From Bacillota bacterium (lineage in GTDB: Bacteria > Bacillota > Clostridia > Oscillospirales > Acutalibacteraceae): 64,000 nucleotides of DNA. Under the pieces are notes generated by a model, which was not told the DNA's origin, made no database searches, and saw only the letters and a program-made list of their open reading frames with translations. Shown here piece after piece: positions 27,166 to 36,661 of this stretch (position 1 is its first letter; every line of letters starts with the position of its first letter). The stretch spans positions 263,827 to 327,826 of the forward strand of contig JAEWDK010000008.1 of the NCBI GenBank assembly GCA_023390175.1, given 5' to 3'. The position numbers and the translations under genes are program-made.

Positions 27166-29244
27166 TTAAGACTGCTCAAGGTTCCCCGCCGCTTTTGCTT
27201 CCTCAATCACTTTTTGGGAAACCGGGGGCGGAGCCTCCTCATAGCGGCAGAAGTCAAACGTGAAAACGCCTCTCCCCTGTGTCACCTGACGCACAAATGT
27301 GCCGAAATCATACATTTCCGCCATTGGCACCTCGGCTTCCACAACCTGCCCGCCGTCACCCGACGGGTTCATTCCCAGCACGCGGCCGCGGCGCTTGTTG
27401 ACCTCGCCCATAATATCGCCCATGTTCACGTCCGGCACAATGCACTTCAATGTACCGATCGGCTCCAGCAGCACGGGGTTTGCAATCGGCATGCCGGCTT
27501 TATAAGCCAGATTCGCCGCCATTTTAAAGGACATTTCCGAAGAGTCCACCGGGTGGTACGAGCCGTCGTACAGCGTGGCGCGCAGCCCCACAACCGGATA
27601 CCCCGCAAGCGGGCCTTTCACAATGCATTCGCGCAGTCCCTTTTCAACGGCCGGGTAAAAGTTTTTCGGAACCGCGCCGCCCACGACGCGCTCCAAAAAT
27701 TCCAGGCCCTCGCTGTCGCAGGGCTCGAATTCGACCCAGATATCACCGAACTGGCCGTGGCCACCGGTTTGCTTTTTGTACCGGCCCTGCACCTGCACCT
27801 TTTTGCGGATGGTCTCGCGGTAGGGCACGCGCGGCTTTTGCAGCGTGACGTCAACGCCGAATTTATTTTTCAATTTGGAGGTAATCACATCAAGATGCTG
27901 TTCGCCCAAGCCGGAAAGCACCATTTGATGCGTTTCCACGTTTGTCGCAAACCGGATGGTCGGGTCTTCCTCCTCTAAACGCAGGATTCCCTGCGCGACT
28001 TTGTCCTCTTCGCCCTTATTTTTAGGCGTAACCGCCATGGAAAGGGTGGGGGTGGGGTACACGATTCCGTCAAGCGTGACCTTGCGCGCCGGGAAGCAGA
28101 GCGTGTCGCCCGTGCCGGTTCCCTGCAGCTTCAAGACGGAGCCGATATCGCCCGCGCCGATGTAGGGAACATCCTCCTGCTTTTTGCCGCGCATCATCAC
28201 GGTTTTGCCAATGCGCTCCGTATTGCCCGTGCGCATATTCAAAAGCTGCGAGTCCGTCGCCACCTTGCCGGAAATCACCTTGAGGTACGACAGCTTGCCG
28301 ATGAACGGGTCGGCAATCGTCTTAAATACAATCGCGGCGGTTGCGGCGTCGTCATTGACCGAAAGCTCAACCGGGTTGCCGTCCACATCCGCCCCGATTT
28401 CACCACTTTTCTCCTCGGCGCTCGGCGCCAGCCAGGTAAGGCCGTCCAGGAACTGCTCCATTCCCCTCATCAGCAGCGCGTCACCGCAGAACACCGGGCA
28501 GATCGCGCCGGATTTCACGCCCTTGCTCACGCCGACGATCACTTCTTCCGGGGTAAACTGTTCGCCGGAAAAATATTTTTCAAACATCGCGTCGCTGGTT
28601 TCGGCGACCGCTTCATAAATAGCGGTGCGCAGTCCCTCGAGCCTTGTCCCCATGTCCGGCATCTTCACCTCGACAGGCGCGCCGTTCTGGTAATCATACG
28701 CTTTATATTCCAGAATATTGACATAAATATTCGCTTTTCCTTCCTCGATGAACGGTACGACAACTGGGCAGACGGAAGGGCCGAAGCTGGCTTTCAAATC
28801 TTCAAAAACCCGATAGAACCGGGCGCTCTCATCGCAAAGGCCGTTCACGAAGAAAATCTTCGCCAACCCGCGCGCATTTGCCGCGGCCACCGCCTTTTCC
28901 GTACCCACGCTGACGCCGTTTTTGCCGGAAACCGCAATCAGTACGGAATCCGCCGCGCGGATTGCTTCGCACATGCCGCCTTCAAAGTCAAAAAGGCCGG
29001 GAGCATCTATTAAATTAATTTTATGATTCTTCCATTCCAAAGGAGCCGCCGCGGTGGACACGGAAGTTCTTCTTCTGATTTCTTCCGGGTCAAAGTCACA
29101 AATGGTATTTCCTTCGCCGACCTTGCCGAAGCGGTCGGTCGCGCCGGATAAATACAGCATCGCCTCTGCAATACTGGTTTTGCCTGAGCCGCTGTGTCCC
29201 GCAATTGCGATGTTGAGAATGTTTTTCGCATGATATTGTTTCAT
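27166..29244 (-). CDS. elongation factor G family GTPase (EF-G paralogue)
   Basis: G1 AGHSGSGKTS and G3 DAPG motifs, five-domain EF-G length (692 aa). Start moved to ATG 29244 (AAAGGAG RBS). Not in an str operon context. Confidence 0.8.
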   Translation of the reverse strand: MKQYHAKNILNIAIAGHSGSGKTSIAEAMLYLSGATDRFGKVGEGNTICDFDPEEIRRRTSVSTAAAPLEWKNHKINLIDAPGLFDFEGGMCEAIRAADSVLIAVSGKNGVSVGTEKAVAAANARGLAKIFFVNGLCDESARFYRVFEDLKASFGPSVCPVVVPFIEEGKANIYVNILEYKAYDYQNGAPVEVKMPDMGTRLEGLRTAIYEAVAETSDAMFEKYFSGEQFTPEEVIVGVSKGVKSGAICPVFCGDALLMRGMEQFLDGLTWLAPSAEEKSGEIGADVDGNPVELSVNDDAATAAIVFKTIADPFIGKLSYLKVISGKVATDSQLLNMRTGNTERIGKTVMMRGKKQEDVPYIGAGDIGSVLKLQGTGTGDTLCFPARKVTLDGIVYPTPTLSMAVTPKNKGEEDKVAQGILRLEEEDPTIRFATNVETHQMVLSGLGEQHLDVITSKLKNKFGVDVTLQKPRVPYRETIRKKVQVQGRYKKQTGGHGQFGDIWVEFEPCDSEGLEFLERVVGGAVPKNFYPAVEKGLRECIVKGPLAGYPVVGLRATLYDGSYHPVDSSEMSFKMAANLAYKAGMPIANPVLLEPIGTLKCIVPDVNMGDIMGEVNKRRGRVLGMNPSGDGGQVVEAEVPMAEMYDFGTFVRQVTQGRGVFTFDFCRYEEAPPPVSQKVIEEAKAAGNLEQS

Positions 29245-29451
29245 AATGGATACTCCTTTCGTGGGTTGATTGGTACAAGAGTACAATTGTTCAACCAAAT
29301 TAAGGATAATTATAGCGTATTCCAACAATAATTACAATGCTAAAACGCTTAAATTTGTATTTTATGTTCCAATACTCTAGAAAAATTTTTATTCATAATG
29401 CCCGAAATGCAAATTTGCCTGTTCCCCGGGCGCACGAACAGGCTCCGGGCG

Positions 29452-29483
29452 CAAAAAAGCCCACCCGGAAAAACCGGATGGGC
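29452..29483 (-). terminator. rho-independent terminator after fba
   Basis: GCCCATCCGG ttttt CCGGGTGGGC followed by TTTTTTGCG on the minus strand. Confidence 0.8.
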
Positions 29484-29500
29484 TTTGAATCAACAATTGA

Positions 29501-30439
29501 TTATGCTTTGCCAGCATTGCCAAGGACTGTGTTGATTTTGTGTTCAACCATTTCCTTAATGGCTGTACGTGCAGGAGCAAGGTATTGCCTTGGGTCGAAG
29601 TGGCTCGGATTCTCCGCAAAATATTTGCGGATGGAAGCGGTCATTGCAAGGCGAAGGTCGGAGTCCACGTTGATTTTGCAGACAGCCATCTTTGCGGCCT
29701 CACGGAGCATCTCTTCCGGAATGCCGATTGCATCCGGCATCTCGCCGCCGAACTCGTTAATCTGACGTACGAACTCCGGAATAACGGAGGAAGCGCCGTG
29801 CAGAACAATCGGGAAGCCGGGCAGACGCTCGGAAACCTCTTTCAGAATATCAAAACGGAGCTGCGGCTTTTGGCCGGGCTTAAACTTGTAAGCGCCGTGA
29901 CTTGTCCCGATTGCGATTGCAAGGGAGTCAACGCCGGTTCTTGTTACAAAGTCCTGTACCTGAGCCGGGTCGGTATAGTTCGCTTTATCGGATTCCACCG
30001 AAACCTCGTCTTCAACGCCGGCAAGCTGGCCAAGCTCAGCTTCTACGGTTACGTTGTACTTGTGAGCGTACTGAACAACCTTGCGGGCTTCTTCCACATT
30101 CTGCTCATAAGGCTTGGAAGAACCGTCGAACATAACGGAGGTAAATCCGCCGTCAACGCAGTCCTTGCAAAGTTCATAGGATGAACCGTGGTCAAGGTGA
30201 AGCGCGATCGGAATATCCGGGTTCTCAATGACAGCCGCTTCCACCAGCTTGGTGAGGTAGGTGTGGTTGGCATATTTGCGGGCGCCGGCAGAAACCTGAA
30301 GAATAACAGGAGCTTTCAGCTCGCCGCAGGCCTCTGTAATGCCCTGAACGATTTCCATGTTGTTTACGTTGAACGCGCCGATGGCATATCCGCCGGCATA
30401 TGCTTTTTTGAACATTTCCGTAGTATTTACTAATGGCAT
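29501..30439 (-). CDS. fba: class II fructose-1,6-bisphosphate aldolase
   Basis: HLDHGSS and VLHGASS motifs. 312 aa, full-length FbaA-like. Confidence 0.9.
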   Translation of the reverse strand: MPLVNTTEMFKKAYAGGYAIGAFNVNNMEIVQGITEACGELKAPVILQVSAGARKYANHTYLTKLVEAAVIENPDIPIALHLDHGSSYELCKDCVDGGFTSVMFDGSSKPYEQNVEEARKVVQYAHKYNVTVEAELGQLAGVEDEVSVESDKANYTDPAQVQDFVTRTGVDSLAIAIGTSHGAYKFKPGQKPQLRFDILKEVSERLPGFPIVLHGASSVIPEFVRQINEFGGEMPDAIGIPEEMLREAAKMAVCKINVDSDLRLAMTASIRKYFAENPSHFDPRQYLAPARTAIKEMVEHKINTVLGNAGKA

Positions 30440-30491
30440 AAATGGTCACCTTCCTAATCTTTAATTGATGGTTTTATTATACCTCAATTTT

Positions 30492-30525
30492 GGAAAGAAT
30501 AAAAGGGATTTTTCCTGCAAAATCC
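30492..30525 (-). terminator. possible terminator between ogg and the fba promoter
   Basis: GGATTTT gcagg AAAATCC followed by CTTTTATTCTTTCC on the minus strand, followed in turn by a GGTATAAT -10 box at 30476-30481. Confidence 0.4.
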
Positions 30526-30646
30526 TCATTATGAGATATTTTGATATAATGTTAACAATTTTTCTTATATTTACCGCAAAATATATTCATATTAAAAATT
30601 ATAGCGCGCAGGCTGCCGAGCCGAGCAGGAGTTTTTCGGCGGTTCC

Positions 30647-31438
30647 TCAGGCTTCCTTTTGAAACAGCTGCGGGTTCATCCGGCTGTAATGGAAAATATA
30701 CTGCTGCGCAATCCCCGCGTATTTCCCGAAGGATTCCGGCTCCCTGCCGGGGAAAAGCGCGCCCATTGCGCGTTTCATCCACACGTCCATGGGGAACGCC
30801 TCCAGCCTGTGCAGTCCGTAAAGCAGCGCGCAGTCGGCCACCTTCGGCCCCACGCCCACAATCGTCATCAGCTTTGCCCGCGCGTCTGGAAGCGAAATCC
30901 GCTTCAGCTCGTCAAAATCAATTTCACCGTTCGCCACCTTTTTTGCCGCGTCAAGCAGGTACCGGGTGCGAAAGCCGCAGCGCACTCCGCTCAAATCCTG
31001 TTCGCTCAGCACTGCGAGCGCTTCGGGGGCCGGAAATTCATATTCCCCGTCAATTTCCGCGCCGAATCCGGCACAAAGCCTTGCAACAATTCCTTTGATC
31101 CTCGGAATGTTATTGTTCTGCGAAAGGATAAACGAGCACAGCGCTTCCCACGGGTCCTGGTTCAAAATACGCATGCCCGGCGCAAATTTCGCCGCCTGCG
31201 CAAGGACGGGGTCGGCCGCCGACAGTTCTGAGCGGATTTTTCCGTAATCCAGTCCAAAGTCAAAATAGTCCCGCCAAAGCGGGTCTTTCAGCACATCCGG
31301 TAAATTCTCCCGGGAAATATTTAAAATTCTGCCGAACGCAACGCCGGTGTAAGAGCCGTCGTCCTGCCGGTTCCAGCGAAAGCACTGCCCGCACTCCAGC
31401 GTTTCGGCCAAGTCAAAGCTGTTGATCTGATCTGTCAT
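30647..31438 (-). CDS. ogg: 8-oxoguanine DNA glycosylase / HhH-GPD family N-glycosylase-lyase
   Basis: HhH-GPD motif GVGPKVADCALLYG...D. 263 aa. Confidence 0.75.
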   Translation of the reverse strand: MTDQINSFDLAETLECGQCFRWNRQDDGSYTGVAFGRILNISRENLPDVLKDPLWRDYFDFGLDYGKIRSELSAADPVLAQAAKFAPGMRILNQDPWEALCSFILSQNNNIPRIKGIVARLCAGFGAEIDGEYEFPAPEALAVLSEQDLSGVRCGFRTRYLLDAAKKVANGEIDFDELKRISLPDARAKLMTIVGVGPKVADCALLYGLHRLEAFPMDVWMKRAMGALFPGREPESFGKYAGIAQQYIFHYSRMNPQLFQKEA

Positions 31439-31474
31439 TCTTTTTCTCCCTGTTCAATAGGCTGCTTTTTGTTC

Positions 31475-31505
31475 GGTATAATAACCGCTATGCGGTTATT
31501 ATACC
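31475..31505. repeat. perfect 14-3-14 palindrome (copy A) containing an extended -10 box
   Basis: GGTATAATAACCGC tat GCGGTTATTATACC. The near-identical block recurs at 56541-56571. Confidence 0.85.
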
Positions 31506-31897
31506 ATAAAACGTAAAGGCTGGAATACTGGAAGTTTTGAAATATTTCCGCGTGAAGTTGACATAAAAGTTTATGCATTGGTTATACATAAAACCGAAAG
31601 CGGCATGTACCGGGGACTTGTTAACACTTTCAACCGAGTTTTCAACCGAAAACGCAAAGTATTCCACGGCTTTATGTAAACTTCTGTAAATACTAACGGT
31701 ATAAACTCAGCCGCACAGGCATAAAACAGGATGTATATTATTATAAAGAATTATAATTTTCAACATTTTATATTTCTTGAAATAAATATCCTAAATTTCG
31801 CGGACTTGTGCTATAATAGTATAGATTATCGCGGAGTGTCGGCTCCAAAATCAGGTAAACCGTAACTGACAATAATAAAAAGGGAGTTAATTCATAA

Positions 31898-32665
31898 ATG
31901 GATATAGAAAACAGCCAGCGCGGCGACGATATTATTGCAGGCAGAAACGCAGTCAGCGAAGCCCTGCGCAGCGGGCGCACCATTGACAGCCTGTATGTTG
32001 TGCGGGGCGCGCACACCGGCAGCCTGAGCGCTTTAATTGCCAAAGCAAAGGAAAAGGGCATTAACGTAAAAGAAGCAGATATTAAAAAGCTTGATTTTAT
32101 GTGCGGCAACGCAAACCATCAGGGTGTGGTCGCCGTGGCCGCTGTGAAAGAATTTTCCACCATTGACGATATTTTCAAACTTGCGGAGGAGCGCGGTGAG
32201 CCGCCGTTCTTCATTATTGCCGACGAGCTGGAAGACCCCCATAATCTGGGTGCGATTCTAAGAGTGGCGGAATGTGCGGGCGCACACGGCATCATCATCC
32301 CGAAGCACCGTTCCGTGGGGCTGACCTATGCGGTCGGCAAAGCCAGCGCGGGCGCGGTGGAATATGTTCCCGTGGCAAGGGTAACCAACATTGCCGCAGC
32401 CATCGACGAACTGAAAAAACGCGGCGTGTGGATTTACGCCGCCGACATGAACGGTGAAAACTGGTGCGGCGTTGATTACGCCGGGCCTGTTGCCGTTGTA
32501 ATCGGCTCCGAGGGCTCCGGTGTAAGCCGTCTTGTAAAAGAAAAATGTGATTTTGTCATATCTTTGCCAATGAAGGGCAAAATAAACTCGCTTAATGCTT
32601 CTGTTGCGTGTGGCATTATCTGTTATGAAATCGCCCGGCAGCGCAGCGGAATTAAGACAAAATAG
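31898..32665 (+). CDS. rlmB: 23S rRNA (guanosine-2'-O)-methyltransferase RlmB (SpoU/TrmH family)
   Basis: SpoU motifs LEDPHNLGAILRVAECAG, VIGSEGSGVS and LNASVACGI. AAAGGGAG RBS. Confidence 0.85.
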   Translation: MDIENSQRGDDIIAGRNAVSEALRSGRTIDSLYVVRGAHTGSLSALIAKAKEKGINVKEADIKKLDFMCGNANHQGVVAVAAVKEFSTIDDIFKLAEERGEPPFFIIADELEDPHNLGAILRVAECAGAHGIIIPKHRSVGLTYAVGKASAGAVEYVPVARVTNIAAAIDELKKRGVWIYAADMNGENWCGVDYAGPVAVVIGSEGSGVSRLVKEKCDFVISLPMKGKINSLNASVACGIICYEIARQRSGIKTK

Positions 32666-32683
32666 TACAGGAGCGGATATTTT

Positions 32684-35600
32684 ATGGCCGACAAAAACAA
32701 AGCTCCGCGCAGCGATTTTTCGATCGATGAAATTTTGGCCGAGGCGCAGACGCTGAACGGAAACGAGCAGCCAAACCCGGCGGTACGGAAGAACGCGGGC
32801 ACAGGGAAGCCATCTGAATCTGAAGCACCGGCCAGGCCGCCAAAGCCGGCTGCAACGCCTGACCGGATTGCCGAACAGGCAAGGAAGGCGCTTGAATCGA
32901 AGCCGCCCGTCCTTTCCGCGCCCCCCATTGCGGAAAAACCAGAAAAGAAAAAGCACTCGCTCTTCGGCCGTCACAAACGGGAAATTCCGGAATTTGACGG
33001 GGAAGAGGATATTTATTACGGCCTGCAGCTCAAGTCGCTTCAGGAATACCGGGATGATTATGAAAAAACCATTCTGATCGACTCTAAAAAAATCCGGCAG
33101 GCCGAAAGCCAGTCCACTTTCTCGTATCTTTTTGAAAAAGCCGAAGACAGCCCCGTCAGCCCGGAAATTTCGGAGCAGCTTGAACACCTGCACGACGACC
33201 GCAGAAAACGTGTGGAACAGGCGCTGCGCAAAGCGGATTTGGAATACGACGACGTGTTTTCCCTTTACGGGGATCAGCCTGCCGCGGCAAAAACCAGCCC
33301 GCCGCGGGTGCCCGCCGACCCGGAGCCGGCAGTACGCCCGGAAGCTTCCGATTCGGCTGTCGGTACCGCGCGCCCGCAGGAGGAACCCGTTCCCAAACCG
33401 GAGCAGCCGCCGGCCGCCCCTCCCGTTGTGCCGACACCGGCGCCGGCCCCGGCACCAAGGCCGGAAATTTTGCCCGGCCCGCAGCGGGAGCCCGAAATTC
33501 CGATGCCGATTACCGAGCCGGTGTTTCAGCCCGGCCCTGCGCAGCCAACCGGCCCGGCGCAGCCCGGATACCGGCCCGAAATGCAATTTCATGGCCCTGA
33601 GCAGCCGGTAAAGGAACCGGTTGCCGCCCCGCAGGTAAAAGAGGAGATTCCCCCTGCGCCCGCGGTGAAGGAACCGCCTGCAAGGCCGGCTCCGATTTCC
33701 ACACTGGCAGGGGAAATCCTGCACGGCTACCGGCCGGCCGCCGGAAAGCCGGTACATATGATTGACCTGAACGATTTCAGCGCCGTGCTTTCGGCGGAAG
33801 CCAAAAATTACCCGATGCCGGAGCCGGAATCACTCCCGGAGCCGATTCCAATGATTCAACGGCCGGCAAGACCGGAATTCAAAGCGCCGATTATTATTGA
33901 ACAGACCTCCGAATTCGAAGCAGTTCAGCCGAACCCGGGCATTGACCAGGCAGAGGAACCCGCCGAAGCGATTGAGCCTTCCCCGGATCAGTTTTCGGAA
34001 CCGATTCACTTCCCCGAACCGCCCGCGGCTTCGGATGATTTTGAAGAAGAGCTTTTGCAGGAGGAGCCTTCACAGCCCGCGGCTCCCCGCAAAAAGAAGC
34101 GGTTCAGCCTGTTCGGCAGCGAAGAGGAGGAAAACGACCTGCAGGAAGAACTGCCAGGCGAACCGGATGAGCTGGACGATTATTCCAGCCCGACGGACGC
34201 GCCGTCCGTTCTTCATGAGCTCGGTTCCAGCCTGCGGACACTGTCGCTTCGTCTTGCCGTAACGGGGATCAGCGCCGCGCTGCTTTTTATTTTCGGATTT
34301 TTAGGGGAATATTACAGCCTGCTGCCCCAGTCGATTCAGGTAAGCCTGGGTATTCAGCCCTATTTGATTTTAAATCTGATTTTCCTGCTGATTGCAACCG
34401 GGTTTTGCATCGGTCCCATCATAAACGGGATAAAGGGCCTGTTCCTGTTCCAGGCGAACTCGGACAGTGCGGCCGCCCTTGCGGATATCGCGGCTATCAT
34501 TCAGAGCACAGCCCTGCTTTTTACGCAGGACAGCGTGCTGAGCGGAAGCCTTCATCTTTATTCCTCCCTTGTGGTGCTCGCGCTGTTTCTGAACACTGCG
34601 GGTAAATGGAATATGGTAAACCGCATCAACAAAAACTTTCATTTCATCGCCGCACCCGACCAAAAACAGGCGGTGCAGCTGTTCGACGACCATAACACCG
34701 CGCTGCAAATGGCGAAGGACTGTGTGATCGACGCACCGTCCATCGCATTCCAGACAAAAACCAATTTTTTGAAGCATTTCCTCCGTCTTTCCTATGAACC
34801 GGACCCAAGCGACCAATCTTCACAGGTCATGGCCCCCATCGGCTTTGCCTGCTCGCTGGTTCTGTGCATTATAACGCTTCTCCTGTCAAAAAATATGTTC
34901 CATGCGCTCACCGCGTTTGCGGCGGCAGCCTGCGTCAGCGTACCGTTTACAAACATGCTCAGCGTAAACCTTCCTTTAAACCGCCTGAGCAAAATCGCCG
35001 CGCGCTGCGGTGCAATGATTGTCGGCTACCCTGCGGTGGAACAGTTCAGCAGCACCAATGCCGTAATGGTGGACGCAAAGGATCTTTTCCCAAAGGGCAC
35101 CGTCATCTTAAACGGCATTAAAACGTTCGGCGGTCAGCGTATCGACGAGGCGATTGTGGACGCGACCGCGCTGATGTGTGCCGTCGGCGGGCCGCTGAGC
35201 GACCTGTTTGACCAAATCATCAAGAGCCGCCACGATATGCTCCCGAAAATCGATAACCCGACTTACGAGGACGACAAAGGGGTAACCGGGTGGGTGTCGG
35301 GCAGAAGAATTCTGGTCGGGAACCGCGCGCTGATGGAGTCGCACAGCATTGAGCCGCCCTCGCGCGACTACGAGGAAAAGTATATTCACGGGGGTAAAAA
35401 AATCGTGTACCTCGCCTCCGGCGGCGACCTGGTCGCCATGTTTGTCGTTTCCTACAATTCCGACCGCCGCAGGGCGCTGGAGCTAAGGCGCGCGGAGGAT
35501 AACGGAATCAGCCTGATTGTACGCACCTGTGACCCGAACATTACCCCCCAACTTTTGGCGGAGTGCTTCGGGCTTGACGTGCACTGTGTACGCGTGCTGC

Positions 35601-35905
35601 CCGAACGGCTCGGAAGCATCTATCAGGAGCTGACCGACACCCCGCAGGAACGTTCCCCCTCGCTGCTTGCCACAAAGGGCCGGGCCACAGCAATGCTGCG
35701 ACTTTTGACCGCGTGTGTGCGCCAGCGCAGCAATATTTCCGCCGCAGTGGCGCTGCAGTACATTGCCGTTATTCTCGGCATTCTCCTTGTGGCGTTCCTT
35801 TCCTGCTACTCGGGCCTGCAGCAGCTGAGCACCGCAGCCCTGCTGCTTTACGAGCTGTTCTGGGTCGCGGCGATTTTACTGATTCCAAGACTTCGCAAGC
35901 CATAA
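32684..35905 (+). CDS. 1073-aa membrane protein with a Pro/Glu-rich N-terminal half, a polytopic membrane region and a catalytically degenerate P-type (P1B-like) ATPase domain
   Basis: AGGAGCGG RBS. The C-terminal half is collinear with CopA-like ATPases (ILVGNRALMESHSI etc.), but DKTGT is replaced by DAKDLF, TGDN by TCDPN, and the GDGxND hinge is absent. Confidence 0.8.
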   Translation: MADKNKAPRSDFSIDEILAEAQTLNGNEQPNPAVRKNAGTGKPSESEAPARPPKPAATPDRIAEQARKALESKPPVLSAPPIAEKPEKKKHSLFGRHKREIPEFDGEEDIYYGLQLKSLQEYRDDYEKTILIDSKKIRQAESQSTFSYLFEKAEDSPVSPEISEQLEHLHDDRRKRVEQALRKADLEYDDVFSLYGDQPAAAKTSPPRVPADPEPAVRPEASDSAVGTARPQEEPVPKPEQPPAAPPVVPTPAPAPAPRPEILPGPQREPEIPMPITEPVFQPGPAQPTGPAQPGYRPEMQFHGPEQPVKEPVAAPQVKEEIPPAPAVKEPPARPAPISTLAGEILHGYRPAAGKPVHMIDLNDFSAVLSAEAKNYPMPEPESLPEPIPMIQRPARPEFKAPIIIEQTSEFEAVQPNPGIDQAEEPAEAIEPSPDQFSEPIHFPEPPAASDDFEEELLQEEPSQPAAPRKKKRFSLFGSEEEENDLQEELPGEPDELDDYSSPTDAPSVLHELGSSLRTLSLRLAVTGISAALLFIFGFLGEYYSLLPQSIQVSLGIQPYLILNLIFLLIATGFCIGPIINGIKGLFLFQANSDSAAALADIAAIIQSTALLFTQDSVLSGSLHLYSSLVVLALFLNTAGKWNMVNRINKNFHFIAAPDQKQAVQLFDDHNTALQMAKDCVIDAPSIAFQTKTNFLKHFLRLSYEPDPSDQSSQVMAPIGFACSLVLCIITLLLSKNMFHALTAFAAAACVSVPFTNMLSVNLPLNRLSKIAARCGAMIVGYPAVEQFSSTNAVMVDAKDLFPKGTVILNGIKTFGGQRIDEAIVDATALMCAVGGPLSDLFDQIIKSRHDMLPKIDNPTYEDDKGVTGWVSGRRILVGNRALMESHSIEPPSRDYEEKYIHGGKKIVYLASGGDLVAMFVVSYNSDRRRALELRRAEDNGISLIVRTCDPNITPQLLAECFGLDVHCVRVLPERLGSIYQELTDTPQERSPSLLATKGRATAMLRLLTACVRQRSNISAAVALQYIAVILGILLVAFLSCYSGLQQLSTAALLLYELFWVAAILLIPRLRKP

Positions 35906-35933
35906 TTATATAAGATCGTGAGTTAATTAAAGG

Positions 35934-36557
35934 ATGAATATGAATAAAAACCTGGTTCAGCGCATCGGGATGATGTGCATTGGCGTATTCCTGCTGGGAT
36001 TTGCCATTTCCCTCGCTGTTTATGTCAATTTAGGCACTGACCCATGCACCTGTATGAACCTTGGCGTATCGGGCAAAATCGGTCTGCCGTTCGGTACTTG
36101 GCAGTTGATTATCAACTGCATTATCCTTGTTTTTATGTTCTTTCTTTCACGCCGACTGATTGGGATCGGCACATTAGTCAACATGGTTTCCATCGGATTT
36201 TTGGTAGATTTTTTCGGCTGGGTCTACGCCCGGATTCTTCCAACCCAGCCCGGCTTGCTGCTCCGTATTCTTATCATGATTTTTGCCCTGGTGCTGCTTG
36301 CTTTTTCCGCGGCGCTTTACATTTATCCGCAGCTGGGCGTTTCCCCTTACGACAGCCTTGGCTTCATCGCTTCCGAGCGTCTGCACATTCAGTTCCGCTG
36401 GTGCCGCATTACCTGCGACGTGCTGGCCGTGCTGATCGGCTTTCTCTGCGGCAGCGTGGTGGGCGTGGGAACAGTCCTTACCGCCTTCTGCATGGGGCCG
36501 CTCATCAAAGGCTTCGGCGACCTGATCGCAAAAAAATTCCCCCTTCAGTTTGACTGA
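35934..36557 (+). CDS. polytopic membrane protein, YczE/YitT-N-like (tentative)
   Basis: 207 aa, 5-6 TM. N-terminus RIGMMCIGVFLLGFAISL...LGTDP is reminiscent of the YczE family. Confidence 0.45.
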   Translation: MNMNKNLVQRIGMMCIGVFLLGFAISLAVYVNLGTDPCTCMNLGVSGKIGLPFGTWQLIINCIILVFMFFLSRRLIGIGTLVNMVSIGFLVDFFGWVYARILPTQPGLLLRILIMIFALVLLAFSAALYIYPQLGVSPYDSLGFIASERLHIQFRWCRITCDVLAVLIGFLCGSVVGVGTVLTAFCMGPLIKGFGDLIAKKFPLQFD

Positions 36558-36585
36558 GGAAGCGGCTGCAATCATAAGCCTAACG

Positions 36586-36636
36586 CAAAGGACCCCGCGA
36601 ATGAACCGGAACAGGTTCATTCACGGGGTCCTTTTA
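36586..36636. terminator. bidirectional terminator between convergent genes
   Basis: GGACCCCGcGAATGAACC ggaaca GGTTCATTCaCGGGGTCC, flanked by AAA and TTTT. Confidence 0.8.
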
Positions 36637-36661
36637 TGATATGCGGATTTTCATCCGGTGA

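Noticed and set aside
30476-30481. Recurrent GGTATAAT motifs (also at 6526-6533 and 38170-38177), considered as further copies of the 42-nt palindromic block
   Set aside because: Only the -10-like octamer is shared. The flanking palindrome arms are absent, so these are ordinary promoters and not copies of the repeat.
32258-33757. 499-aa minus-strand ORF, extremely Arg/Gly/Phe-rich
   Set aside because: It is antisense to the 3' end of rlmB and to the Pro-rich (CCN-rich) part of the 1073-aa gene. The composition is the mirror image of a GC-rich coding strand, and there is no RBS or recognisable domain.
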